Origin: Candidatus Latescibacterota bacterium
Lineage (GTDB): Bacteria; Latescibacterota; UBA2968; UBA8231
Assembly (NCBI GenBank): GCA_965197905.1
Contig: CBDAOB010000004.1
Coordinates: 1,344,001 to 1,408,000, forward strand
DNA: 64,000 nucleotides
Reading direction: 5' to 3'
Shown: positions 1 through 10,303 of the stretch, piece by piece
How positions within the stretch are numbered: position 1 is the stretch's first letter
How the letters are laid out: each line of letters starts with the position of its first letter
Made by a program: the position numbers and the translations under genes
Notes under the pieces: model-generated
The model's input: only the letters and a program-made list of their open reading frames with translations
The model's database searches: none
What the model was told of the DNA's origin: nothing

Positions 1-2235
1 CTCGTCGACGATGTCGTCCCGCACCCGGCGGAAGTGATTCTCAAAGAACAGCCGTCTAAGGCGCTCCACGCTTTCACGGCGGTAGGTCAGCAGCGCATAG
101 GTGGAGCGGCTGCGACCGCTGCCGGCCATTTGTCTCGCCCCGTAGCGGCCCACCGCCAGCGACCAGTACCGCGTCAGATCCCATTGTCCAAAGAGGTGGT
201 AGCCCCGCTGGTCGTAGTCATAGGGGTAGTCCACCTCGCCGTCGTCCTCGCGGTGGTCGGGCTCGTCGTTGTGGTTGCGGTCCAGTCCGTAGGCATAGGT
301 GTTGGGCTCCACATCGTACATCAGAAAGGGCTCTTCGTAGTCGGGGAGGTCGTTGAGATTGCGATTGATCTCTGCCGTGCCGTCGTTGTCCTCGTCCTGC
401 CCTAAGAGAACCCCATCGATATCGTATCCTTTACTATCGTTCATAAGGCCGGGGAGATTGCCAAAGCGTTGGTCGGGGTAGCGGTCCCCATCGTCGTTGT
501 CTTCCACCAGCTGCCAGTACATCGTCCGGTTGACCAGCCCGTACAAGTTGCTCAATGACAGGGCCTGCTCCCAGTCCAGAAAGGTGCGCATCTCGGTCTG
601 AAAGTCGGGATGGATGGCAAAGTACTCCCCGCCCAGCCGGACACCCCCTAACCATCGCGTTGCATTAACGAAGTAGGCCGCGCCCCGCTGATCAAAGCGC
701 GGACTCGAGTCGAACCGGGCTTCCTGCTCCAAATGCGCCGGATAGCGCCCGTACACCGACGATCTCGCGTACTCGCCGTGGATCTCCAGACCCTGCAGGC
801 GCAGATCCAGATCGGCGCTATAGGCAAAGTGGCCGGTGTGCTCTCCGATCTCGAAGCGCACCCGCTTGAGGTTCGACAGATCCTGTACATTGCCCCGGGC
901 GCGCAACACCGTGTGATAGTAGGTGCTCGCGAATTGGGCGTAGTAGGCCTTGCCGGGGGAGCCCACTCTATGCAGAAACGCCACCTCCGCCCGATAGTCA
1001 TTGCCCACGACGGCCTCCACCTCCACCGATTCGATGTGGGGCTCCTCCGACACGTCGAAGAGAAAGATCAGCTGCTCGTCTCCGTCGGCGCGTAGGATCT
1101 CTGCGGGCGATGCCAGCGCAAAACTCCCCTGGAGTTCCTTCAAGTGCGTGGTCTTGCTCACGTCCACCCCGACCGCGTGATCCAGGAGCGTCAGATAGTC
1201 GGCATAGAGCGGGACCTCGCGCCCGCGATAAAAGGTGCTGCCTTCAAAACTGATGGCATTGTTTTTGGGCTTGTTGTATACGACCGGGCGGAATTTACCC
1301 GTGGCCTGCGAAACCGTCCCCACTTGTGGCGTGGCCCCAGTCTGGTGCCGCACCACCGGCCGCCGCAGATCCGGCCGCACTTCGCCGTTGACCACCAGCT
1401 GCACCTCCTGCACTGCGGCACCGCCCAGGCCATCCGCTGGCGAGTCGTCGGCAAAGCGCACCATGATCCAGTCCACCAGCGGCTGGTCCGGCCGCAGCCT
1501 GCCTTTGAGGCTGTTGCCCGACTGCGTGCTCTGGTACACGTGCTGGTTCGCCCAGTTGAGGCCCACCTGTAGGGCACCCAGCTCGGCCTGCACCCGGCTG
1601 CCCAAAAGCAGGGTGGAATCGTCGGCCAGATGGGTCTTGCCATCAAAAACCCATAACGGAGGAGTCACTGAGATAAAGCCGTGGGGCCGTTCGACGCGCG
1701 AGCCCAAGCCGGTGACCTTCAAATAGGGCGTGGCTATATCCACCCGTATGCCGTTGAAATTCGTCTTTGACAGTGTCAGCGGCGAAAAGCGGGCAATCAG
1801 CGCGTCGCCGACGATGGCCGAATAGCTCCAGCTGCCGTGGGTGTCGCGAGCCAGCACCATGCTGTCGAAAACACTTCCCCACGGACCGATAACCCTTCCC
1901 AGCCCCTTCTCCTTGAATATGGCGCTGCCCCACTCCTGCCCCACCCGGCGGGTCTCCCTCCACTCGTAGAGGGGATAGCCGGTGATTAGATAATTCCCCA
2001 GCGAGCTATAGTGGGCTTTCTGGATATCATCGTAGGGCTGGGTGTGGTTCGGGTAATTGACAAAGTTCTGGAAGGCGTAATTGCGGTAGGTGGGCCACTC
2101 CTGGCGCAGTAACAGTTGTGGGGAAATAATCTGGGGCGGCCCCTGGACGCGCGCAGGCTTCTGCCCCTTGGTCCCCGCGCCCCAGGCCAGCACCGGCAGG
2201 AGGATCCAGCACGTGCGAACGAGTAGATTGCTCAT
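1..2235 (-). CDS. Large secreted/outer-membrane hypothetical protein (>745 aa, 3' end runs off the window)
   Basis: Absent from the ORF track because there is no stop in the window. ATG at 2235 follows AAGAAGGG. Manual translation gives MSNLLVRTCWILLPVLAWG (signal-like) ... EDNDDGDRYPD ... DEDNDG ... FENHFRRVRDDIVDE. The frame was confirmed at both ends and in the middle. Confidence 0.85.
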   Translation of the reverse strand, partial: MSNLLVRTCWILLPVLAWGAGTKGQKPARVQGPPQIISPQLLLRQEWPTYRNYAFQNFVNYPNHTQPYDDIQKAHYSSLGNYLITGYPLYEWRETRRVGQEWGSAIFKEKGLGRVIGPWGSVFDSMVLARDTHGSWSYSAIVGDALIARFSPLTLSKTNFNGIRVDIATPYLKVTGLGSRVERPHGFISVTPPLWVFDGKTHLADDSTLLLGSRVQAELGALQVGLNWANQHVYQSTQSGNSLKGRLRPDQPLVDWIMVRFADDSPADGLGGAAVQEVQLVVNGEVRPDLRRPVVRHQTGATPQVGTVSQATGKFRPVVYNKPKNNAISFEGSTFYRGREVPLYADYLTLLDHAVGVDVSKTTHLKELQGSFALASPAEILRADGDEQLIFLFDVSEEPHIESVEVEAVVGNDYRAEVAFLHRVGSPGKAYYAQFASTYYHTVLRARGNVQDLSNLKRVRFEIGEHTGHFAYSADLDLRLQGLEIHGEYARSSVYGRYPAHLEQEARFDSSPRFDQRGAAYFVNATRWLGGVRLGGEYFAIHPDFQTEMRTFLDWEQALSLSNLYGLVNRTMYWQLVEDNDDGDRYPDQRFGNLPGLMNDSKGYDIDGVLLGQDEDNDGTAEINRNLNDLPDYEEPFLMYDVEPNTYAYGLDRNHNDEPDHREDDGEVDYPYDYDQRGYHLFGQWDLTRYWSLAVGRYGARQMAGSGRSRSTYALLTYRRESVERLRRLFFENHFRRVRDDIVDE

Positions 2236-2458
2236 AGCTTCGGCCCTTCTTGTTCCCGGAACTCACGGGTTGAAAGGCGAGCGTTTCAGCGCTCTCCACG
2301 GGAAGCAATGAAAGGAAATCTGCTAAAATCGGGTGAACTGAGCAATAAGTAACCCAGGAGGACATAGAGGTTACACAACAATTTTAGGTTCATTGAATCC
2401 AGTAGTTTTCTTCTGTGAAAACGGTTTACAGGCGTCTCTGAGAAGATCTCAATCTTGG

Positions 2459-2487
2459 TTGGATTCTCTGCCCTTTTGGGTTATTCT
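2459..2487 (+). promoter_or_regulatory. Candidate sigma-70 promoter (TTGGAT-N17-TATTCT)
   Basis: 17-nt spacer in an AT-rich divergent intergenic region, just upstream of the AAAGGAGG RBS of the 2517 gene. Confidence 0.4.
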
Positions 2488-2516
2488 AAGGAAGAGACCT
2501 AAAGGAGGCGCAAGGC

Positions 2517-3149
2517 ATGAAAAGAGTTATTCTGCAGTCCGGAGCTTTCATCGCCGTCACCGTCATCGGGGCGCTCTGGGGGTGTTCATCCGACAACAGC
2601 CCTGCTTCAGTTGAGCCGTCGCCTGCACTCCTTTCAGGGAGCAAGGAACAGACTGAACGCGATCACTCAGAACATATGCACGGGCAGACCTCGTACGATT
2701 CGCGTCCAGCCAACCATCAAAGTCGCCCAGTTGCTGTGTTTTCGGGAGTAGGAGACGAGAACCTCGAGGCGGATCCGCCCTACCCGCACTTCTCGCTGTC
2801 TTTTTCCTTCGACGAGAGGGCGGTCTCGGGGTCAATGCTCGTTGAACACCACGAGGTGGGTGCAATGATCACGTGGTCTGCGCACACGTTATTGTCAGGT
2901 TCGGAGGACCTGGATGAAGATGGCGAAGTATTGATCGTGGACCTGTATGGTGAGGTAATAGAGAATACGAACCCGGCGTGGAATGGGGTCAAACGCGTTC
3001 GATTGATCTTCGATAACACGGCGGAGCAGGCGACCCCGGACAACCTTGCAATTGTTGATCTTTTCGATGTAACCGATGGGGATAATTACGCGCACCTGAT
3101 TCATTGCCAACCGGTGTCAATGCGGGTCAACCGATATTCGGATCCGTGA
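2517..3149 (+). CDS. Hypothetical lipoprotein
   Basis: Strong RBS AAAGGAGG; N-terminus MKRVILQ...IGALWGC with a lipobox-like Cys. Confidence 0.75.
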   Translation: MKRVILQSGAFIAVTVIGALWGCSSDNSPASVEPSPALLSGSKEQTERDHSEHMHGQTSYDSRPANHQSRPVAVFSGVGDENLEADPPYPHFSLSFSFDERAVSGSMLVEHHEVGAMITWSAHTLLSGSEDLDEDGEVLIVDLYGEVIENTNPAWNGVKRVRLIFDNTAEQATPDNLAIVDLFDVTDGDNYAHLIHCQPVSMRVNRYSDP

Positions 3150-3446
3150 AAAGGCGAGCAGGTTGCGCCCCGCACACAGCGCAATGCATCCTGTCAAGTA
3201 CCAAAACCCAATTCATTGCCAGTCCAGATCTTCCTCGTTGACCTCCGATTCGTCGTCGGGCTAGCTGCGCGCTCGCAGTAGGAGCGAGATTCACAGCGGC
3301 GACAGCACCGTCCAGCTCATCAGCGGATACCTCAGCTTACGCAGGTTTTCAGTTGATCCGGCTGCTCTGGCGGGCCGGATTGTTTATGTTTCGGCGGATT
3401 TCGTTAGGTTCCGAGCCCTGAAAACCGGCATACGTATAAGTGGAAA

Positions 3447-4664
3447 GTGCGGATGATGTTGGAACGGCGTGAAGTGACGACGAACAGATCGAAGGTGTTC
3501 GTCGTCGGATCCTTCCTTGATCCCGCCACCCCCACATTCAAAGCCAACCTCCATTGCCACAGTACTCACAGCGACGGCAAGCTGTCTCCGCAAGAGGTCG
3601 CCGAGCTCTACGCTCGCGAGGGCTACCAGATCCTCTGCATCGCCGACCACACCGGCAATGGCGATCAGGATGGTGACGGTGTCCACGACTGGAACCTCGA
3701 CGGCGTTGTCATGCCGCGCGCCCGTCCGATAGGCACAGGCCATAAGCCGCATAAGGCCATCCCCGAGGACTACGGTCGGGAGGCCTACGTTCGCGATTAC
3801 ACCCGGACCTCCGCCGAGCAGGGCCGACCGTGGGTCGAGGAGAACTGGAAGATCGAGCGGGAGGGCGAATTGCTCATGCTGCCCGGTTTTGAGGACCACC
3901 ACACCGGCCCTCACGTCGTGGTAAATGGGTATCCCATCAACACCCAGAGGAGCGATATTGCTCGTTTCCGAGGCACACTCGGCTACCGCGAGGTGACGCA
4001 GCAGGCGGGCGGCGTGGTTTACCTGCCCCATCCGCACAGCTGGGACGACGATCCAGCCTACTTCCTCGATCACCCCGAACTGCGCCGATTCGACGGCATC
4101 GAGGTCGTCAACGGCAACGCCATGCGACACGGGAAGCAAGAGGATCCCGCCGGCACCCGGGGATTCGCCCGCCGTCTGTGGGACGCTATCCTCAGCGCTC
4201 GGGTCAGCTGTTGGGGTTATGGCAACGACGACATGCACACGCTTGGTCTGGACGGCGGCGCCGGACCGTTTGTAGCATGGTCCCATATCTGGGCCGAATC
4301 GCTCAGTTTGGCGGATGTGCTCCGCGCCTTGCGGACCGGGAGTTTCTGTGTCAGTACAGGCGTCTCGGTATCGTCGCTGACGCTTGAAGACGACCTCATT
4401 TGCGTCACCACCCGAAACGCATCGCGCATTCGCTTCATCGGGCTCGAGGGCAGGACCCTCCTCGAAGTCGAAGACTCGTCCGCCCAGTACCGCATTGTGG
4501 GCGATGAGGGTTACGTCCGGGTCGAGTGTAAGAACGAGGGGCTTCGCTGGCCGGACGAGCAGCCCGAGCTGGGCCAGTGGGCCTTCTGCCAGCCGTTGTG
4601 GATCCTCGACGAGACCCAGGAAATGCCCGAGGGACTACCGCTTGCAAACACAGTCCCTCTGTGA
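3447..4664 (+). CDS. PHP-domain metallohydrolase (CehA/McbA-like)
   Basis: NLHCHSTHSDG, IADH, LPHP, GIEVVNG and GNDDMH metal-binding motifs. Confidence 0.85.
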   Translation: MRMMLERREVTTNRSKVFVVGSFLDPATPTFKANLHCHSTHSDGKLSPQEVAELYAREGYQILCIADHTGNGDQDGDGVHDWNLDGVVMPRARPIGTGHKPHKAIPEDYGREAYVRDYTRTSAEQGRPWVEENWKIEREGELLMLPGFEDHHTGPHVVVNGYPINTQRSDIARFRGTLGYREVTQQAGGVVYLPHPHSWDDDPAYFLDHPELRRFDGIEVVNGNAMRHGKQEDPAGTRGFARRLWDAILSARVSCWGYGNDDMHTLGLDGGAGPFVAWSHIWAESLSLADVLRALRTGSFCVSTGVSVSSLTLEDDLICVTTRNASRIRFIGLEGRTLLEVEDSSAQYRIVGDEGYVRVECKNEGLRWPDEQPELGQWAFCQPLWILDETQEMPEGLPLANTVPL

Positions 4665-4820
4665 AACGGAAACACCCCGTAATCGCTGAGCCTGATTGCT
4701 TGCTGTCGGCGAAGTTGACCCGGTCCTGATAAACTATCTCTATTCCCGTTGGCTTCTTTGGCGGGACTCTGGTCCCCTTCCTCCCACGGTTACAACCGTG
4801 GCTTACCTGGGAGCTTTTGT

Positions 4821-5888
4821 ATGAACAAGCATATTCTACTTATCACCATCGATTCGTTGCGTGCCGACCATCTTAGCTGTTACCGGGAGATGGACATCCA
4901 AACCTCGAACCTGGATGCTTTCGCCGCTTCTGGAGTTCGCTTTCAGCACCATCTATCCACCCTGGCTACGACCTTGCCCTCACATACGAGCTTGCTCACC
5001 GGCTGCGTGCCGTCCGTGCATGGAGTCAACTGGAATGGCGTGGATACCGCGCGCCGCCGAGCTACCTTGGCCGAGATCGCAAAGGAACAGGGGTACACCA
5101 CCACTGCAATCACCAGCTGGCATGGTTTTCAGCTCCAGAATGTGCTCGGCTTCGAGGAAACCCACAGCGAAGAAGTCGCGGGATCCCTTGAGAATCGGGG
5201 GGACCGAACCATCGAGAGGGTGGAGGCGTGGCTGAGCAGGGTCGATCCGAGTCGGCCGCAATTCTTATGGGTTCACTTCATCGACCCCCACACGCCCGAC
5301 AACTGTCCTGATCCTTTCCCACAGACCTACGTAGGCGAGGTGGAGTTCGTCGATACCCTCATCGGTCGGTTCATAGCCGGCTGGGACGGACGATTCGGTG
5401 CCGAGAACACCTTCGCCGCGATTACCGCCGATCACGGCGAGCACTTGAACGATCACGGCAAAGAGCGCGGTCACGGCACGCAATGGATCACGAACCTGAG
5501 AATCCCTCTTCTGATTCGTTGTCCCGGACTCATCCAACCGGGCTCCGTCCCCCAAGAGCTCACGCGCCAGATGGACGTGCTACCCACGATTCTCGACTAC
5601 TGTGATCTACCCATGCCGTACGATGTCCAGGGCATGTCCCTGCGCGGATTGATCGAAGGCCGGGATTCCGGGATGCGGCTCGTGCACCAGGGACAGGCCG
5701 TGCACGACAACGGCGAGACCGTCACTGTCCGGACCGAGAAGTACGCATTCTTCTTCGGCGATGATGGAGATCTCGTCCACATCTTCGATCGCCGGGTCGA
5801 TGAGGGTGAGGAGGAAGACCTCTGGGAGCGTAACGGGGCTGCCAGCCAGTCCGTCGAGCACTCCCTGCGGGACGGCAGAGAGAGATAA
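4821..5888 (+). CDS. Sulfatase-like hydrolase/transferase (alkaline phosphatase superfamily)
   Basis: ITIDSLRADHL, TLPSHTSLLTG, HFIDPH and TADHGE motifs; ATG 4821 preferred as start. Confidence 0.85.
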   Translation: MNKHILLITIDSLRADHLSCYREMDIQTSNLDAFAASGVRFQHHLSTLATTLPSHTSLLTGCVPSVHGVNWNGVDTARRRATLAEIAKEQGYTTTAITSWHGFQLQNVLGFEETHSEEVAGSLENRGDRTIERVEAWLSRVDPSRPQFLWVHFIDPHTPDNCPDPFPQTYVGEVEFVDTLIGRFIAGWDGRFGAENTFAAITADHGEHLNDHGKERGHGTQWITNLRIPLLIRCPGLIQPGSVPQELTRQMDVLPTILDYCDLPMPYDVQGMSLRGLIEGRDSGMRLVHQGQAVHDNGETVTVRTEKYAFFFGDDGDLVHIFDRRVDEGEEEDLWERNGAASQSVEHSLRDGRER

Positions 5889-5924
5889 ATAAGATCGCCA
5901 GCGGACTTGAGGACGAGCGGGAAG

Positions 5925-6015
5925 GATAGGGCGAATAGACGCCATTTCTATTTTGGGGCGTTTGCGGGGGTGGCGGCGGCACCAGCGCGGCGAGCTTCTC
6001 GATGAGCTCCGCCCC
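5925..6015 (-). mobile_element. Short degenerate remnant of an IS91-family-like transposase
   Basis: Minus-strand peptide ELIEKLAALVPPP...NGVYSP resembles the conserved 'ELLxRLAALVPPPRxHLxRYHGVxAP' segment of IS91-type transposases. The catalytic Tyr region is corrupted. Confidence 0.5.
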
Positions 6016-6387
6016 ATGGGACTCTCGCGCCCGTGACCTCGTCACGCCAGCAGTACCCCCGCGAGTGTAACCTGCAACCATAAGTCTGCTCGCCAAACCG
6101 GTACCATCACAGATTCGTCGGTTTCGATCGTTGCCAGATCTCCGTCGCGGAATATCCAAACGAAACCCAGATACTGATTGCCGGACACGCAGGGAACCAT
6201 GTCGTACAGCTGGTCTGCGTTGGGGCTGCGCGAGCCTGCAGCAGCTGATTCATCTCCTCGCGCGAGGCACACCTCTTATGATCTTACCGCTTCTTATGGC
6301 GTTGGATCAGTCTGGTGGTCCAGCTCCAGTGGCATACCTGAGGTAATGTCGCTCGATCCGGCCGTCATCGGCCAAGCCTGGCCGCCT

Positions 6388-7441
6388 TCAAATACGAAGT
6401 CTTCCCGGCCACACAGCCACAGGAACAGACGCGCCACGCGGACGGAATCGTGCCATTTCTCGGGCATTTGGCGGTCTGTGCCGAATGTCGAGGACTGAGC
6501 CGGGGCCACCCGCCGTGGCGGTGGTGCTGCGATGCCAGACAAGATGATAGCGATCGCCAGAGTGGCGCCAGCGAAGATGCATGGGACTCCCACGACCAAC
6601 GCCTTGGCCGGTGTGCTCCACAGGTGAACAGATCCCGGCTCGGAGCAAGGCCATCGCCGAGGCGATGCCTACCATCGTGTAGAGCCCGACCAGGCGGTCG
6701 ACGAGCTCTGTCTTCGTGACGGAGAAAAGGCCTCCTACTGCGGCCCACCACACCGAGGTGCCGCGCAACAAGAGAGCGACCTCGGCGCCCGAAGGACTGG
6801 CGGCAAGAACCTGGTACAGAAAATGGAAAGCGGCCTCCCCCTGGCCAAGACCCATGGGCAGAATGGGAATGGCGTTGGCGACCATGCCGATCGGGACGAT
6901 CAGCAGATAGAGCGGGATGCCGAGAGCGGGCACCCCGAGAGCGTGATCAAGGCAGTAGAAAGTGAACGCCATAAAAAGCAGATTGCCCGCAGAGAGGACC
7001 ACGGCGAAAAGGATATTGAAGTACATAAAGTGCCCGGACCAGTGTGAGCGCCGCAATCGAATTCAGGAAGGATCGCCAGATGCGAAGCAGGCCTTGCTCC
7101 ACAGGTCCCCGGTGCGGAGCAGCGAGCTAGAGCCGACCGCGGTCGACGAGGCGGGAGGACGGCTGCACGTGCCTGCCAGACATAATGCCTTGGCGCAGCG
7201 CCAAGAGACAATAAACCCCGCCCCGAGAATTCAGGAAGGGCCCACGCGGAGCAGGTCCGCGGGTGCGGCAGCGAAGAGACGCGCTCGGTCCAACCGCCAA
7301 TGGCCGCACGATCAGCTCCAGATCGAGCTGGCCGGTATTGATCATGAAGCTCATGACTCCGACGGCCAACAGGATCTTCAGGGCGGTGGCCAGCCGCCTC
7401 CGTCGGCTGGGCTCCTCATGAGTGTCCTTACTGGAGAACAT
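6388..7441 (-). pseudogene. Fragmented lysylphosphatidylglycerol-synthase TM-region (UPF0104/flippase-like) membrane protein
   Basis: N-terminal piece LKILLAVGVMSFMINTGQLDL (7127-7441) and C-terminal piece VPIGMVANAIPILPMGLGQGEAAF (6388-7056) lie in different frames. Confidence 0.6.
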
Positions 7442-7567
7442 CCGTCAGATCCGGATCAGGCAGTGCAGGTCGCGTGCGCATCGAGACGGACGCCGCGACC
7501 GGGAATCCGTGGATTCGGGCCGTAAACGCCCGTCTGCTGACGGACGCCGATTCTGCAAAGTCGTTGG

Positions 7568-8437
7568 CTACCCGGTCAGCCAGGAGATGTCTCTCAGGCT
7601 CGGGCGTTCCTCGCGCTCTCGAGTCAGCGCTTCGCGGATGACACGGTAGGTTCCCAGGACGATACCGACAAAGACGAAGGCGTAGCTGATGACGTGGGCG
7701 GCTCTGGCGGCCAGGTGCAGTCCGTCAGCGGGATGGCTGACCCGACTGGCCAAAAGGCCGTCACCCAGTGCGGCCACCAGAATAGCAACAGTCAAGAGGC
7801 GTTCGAGCTCATTCCGTTTCCACAGCCCGAGTCGAATGTGGGCAGCGAAGGCGGCGGCGAAGACGATGGCTGGCAACAGGTGGAGGGGGCGTGCCAGAAG
7901 GTTGCCTTCGAACACCGTGGTCGGCAGGGGAGTGGTGTGGACGAGCGTGAGGATGAGGAATACCGCCAGACCGGCGCCGAGGCCGACTGTGGGCAGAGGT
8001 AACGCGACTGGATGGGAGTCGGGTCGCTCCTGGATCACCGCCTCCCGCCACCAGATCACCGGCCGCAGACACAGAACGGTTGACAGAAACAAGCGTGACA
8101 GGGTCCAGTTCCAGATCACCAGACCCGTTTTTGGCGTTGCCCCCGTCACCAGTTCGGCACTCACCGCGACGCCGTAGAGATCCAGTGTACAGGCCCCGCC
8201 AAAACCGAATGCCAAGAGCAATGCACTGCTGGCCCCACGCGTCGCGTAAAATCGCAGCATCGCGACCAGGGTGATGGCTGCCGCCAGCAGGACGCCAACA
8301 CCTCCCAGAGCGACATCGAGGCTGGGGGACAAGGCGTATCCGCCCGGCTCGACGATCACGGCCGCGAACACGAGAATCAGGCCAGTAACCAAAACAAAGA
8401 GGTAATGACGGCTCTGGCCCATCTTCGGCACGCTCAA
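7568..8437 (-). CDS. Multi-pass membrane sensor-like protein (MASE3-like) with no output domain
   Basis: About 8 hydrophobic helices, WNWTLSRLFLS and AHVISYAFV segments like those in MASE-type kinase input domains; the ORF ends soon after the last helix. Confidence 0.55.
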   Translation of the reverse strand: MSVPKMGQSRHYLFVLVTGLILVFAAVIVEPGGYALSPSLDVALGGVGVLLAAAITLVAMLRFYATRGASSALLLAFGFGGACTLDLYGVAVSAELVTGATPKTGLVIWNWTLSRLFLSTVLCLRPVIWWREAVIQERPDSHPVALPLPTVGLGAGLAVFLILTLVHTTPLPTTVFEGNLLARPLHLLPAIVFAAAFAAHIRLGLWKRNELERLLTVAILVAALGDGLLASRVSHPADGLHLAARAAHVISYAFVFVGIVLGTYRVIREALTREREERPSLRDISWLTG

Positions 8438-8513
8438 ATCAGCTCACTCGAGAACACGGGCCTGCTGCCCGGTCCGCTGCTGGAGGGGTGAAGTGTTGCC
8501 GGTGATCACCGCA

Positions 8514-9842
8514 TCAAACGACCGACTGCTTTCTCAGCGCCAGCCGGGACTCAGATGCCAGAGTGGACTCATCTCTACTACTGTCTTCCCGATTGAAATC
8601 CTTGGCATTATCGCCCCACGAGCCCCATTTCAATCCAGTCCCCACTCGTATCGTATTGAAGAAAAAGCTCAACCCCCGGCGCCACGAGAATCCAAACCAT
8701 TTGAACTCCTGGTAAAAATTAAGAAGCGTGCAGACCATCAGGAGAGGTCGGACCTTCTTTTTCTTTTTGACCAAGTGCGTATACAGGGGCCTAAGGGATG
8801 GGAAGAATTCCAGAAGTACAGAATATTGTGTTACCAGAAGGAACTCCTCATCATATTCTGTAATCATGTAGTTCGTATTTGCACCCTCGATCTCATCCTC
8901 ATCGAAATCCTTCCGAATGAAGCCGTGCTCCTGACCATAATCCGTGATTGGCAGATTCGGTATCGGAGTCAAACGCCCCAATCGCATTCTCTTCGGCTTG
9001 ATCCGTACGTTGAGATCGACGGTCGCGATTGCGTCGTCGATGGTCTCACCGGGAAGATTGACGATGCTGGTCGTGAGGAAGGGCAAACCTATCTTGTGCA
9101 GGTACGCCGTTGTATCGATAATGCTTTCGTCAGTCAGGCTCTTGGCCAAGAGCTTGTTTCGCATCTCCTCATCTGCAGACTCGAGTCCCAATTGAACCCC
9201 TCCACAGCCCGCTTCCTTCAGCAGATCGAAGCGCTGTTTTGTGGTGTCCAAGCGAGCGTTGCAGATGAATGGTACGTCTATTTCCTTTCTGTAGCGGTCC
9301 GAAAACTCCTCCAGCCACTTTATATTGAACGGAAAGATGTCATCATGAAAGTGAACCACCCTCAAGGGATATCTCTCCTTCACATGTAGAACCTCGGCAA
9401 TCACCCGGTCAACGCTGTGCCTCCGCAGGATTTCCTTCCTTCCGAGGTATTTGCCGAGAAAAGCTGGAATGGAACAGAACGCGCAGAAATACGGACAACC
9501 TCTTCCCGACAGGAATCGCTTCAGATCCATGTTTCTCAGAAATGGATACTTGTAGTAGATCTCCCGGTCAGGGAACGGCAGAGAGTCGACATCTGTTGTG
9601 ATCGTCTGCTTTTCGTTCTTGATGATATGCCCATCTTCTCGCCATATCAGATTCGGAATCTCGCCGAACCGTGGCACATCCTTCTCCAACTCTTCAAGCA
9701 GGTCGCACAACTGGTAGTCGATTTCACCATGCATGGCAAAATCAATGTGGCTGTGCTTCAGCATGTTTTCAGGGAACTCGGTCACATGAGGTCCGCCGAC
9801 GATTACGGGCAAATCCACCTGGCTTTTTATGTTCTCCAGTAC
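8514..9842 (-). pseudogene. B12-binding radical SAM protein, 5'-truncated
   Basis: VIVGGPHVT, SGRGCPYFCAFC, FHDD and GLES motifs. The frame begins mid cobalamin-binding domain at VLENIKSQVDLP. Confidence 0.75.
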
Positions 9843-10203
9843 CGGTGATTCTGATGAGAGGCTTGGGATCAGTGTGTAGATGGACTTCGTCGATGATTTT
9901 TCTCATCAATTCTTCGCTGATCCAGGGTGTCCCATCCCGGGATCGCAAGACCTGATCGGCATTGAACCAACAATGCGTGCAGGATGAATTGCAGACATTT
10001 GAGACCTGAGGCAGAATCATCAACGGGAATCTCTCTGCCCCTTCCTTCAGGTCGAACTGGTTGGGAAGATGTTCCTCGTACTTCTCCAGACCTTCGTCTT
10101 CTCCCTCTCTCATACGTCTGTTTTCAGAGAGAACCATCCCGGGATCGACGGTATTTGCATCCAATTCTTTGAGGCCGCTCTTCGTTTTTTCTTCGGTAAG
10201 CAT
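9832..10203 (-). pseudogene. Radical SAM protein N-terminal fragment, 3'-truncated
   Basis: RBS GAGGA; CNSSCTHC (CX3CX2C) followed by IRITGTGE, then sequence continues out of frame into the next gene. Confidence 0.75.
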
Positions 10204-10303
10204 CTTATCCTCGCTTGTCTAGCGCAGACCAGAGGAACTTCGCAACCAGTCCGACACAGAACCGTACGTGACCTCTCACCTCATCCTACAACGACAGTCG
10301 CTC

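Noticed and set aside
34..2365. Many short ORFs listed by the track at the window start
   Set aside because: All overlap the single long minus-strand frame 1-2235, which explains the region.
3150..3440. Possible gene remnant (minus-strand PDDESEVNEEDLDWQ) or ncRNA
   Set aside because: Too short and interrupted to assign.
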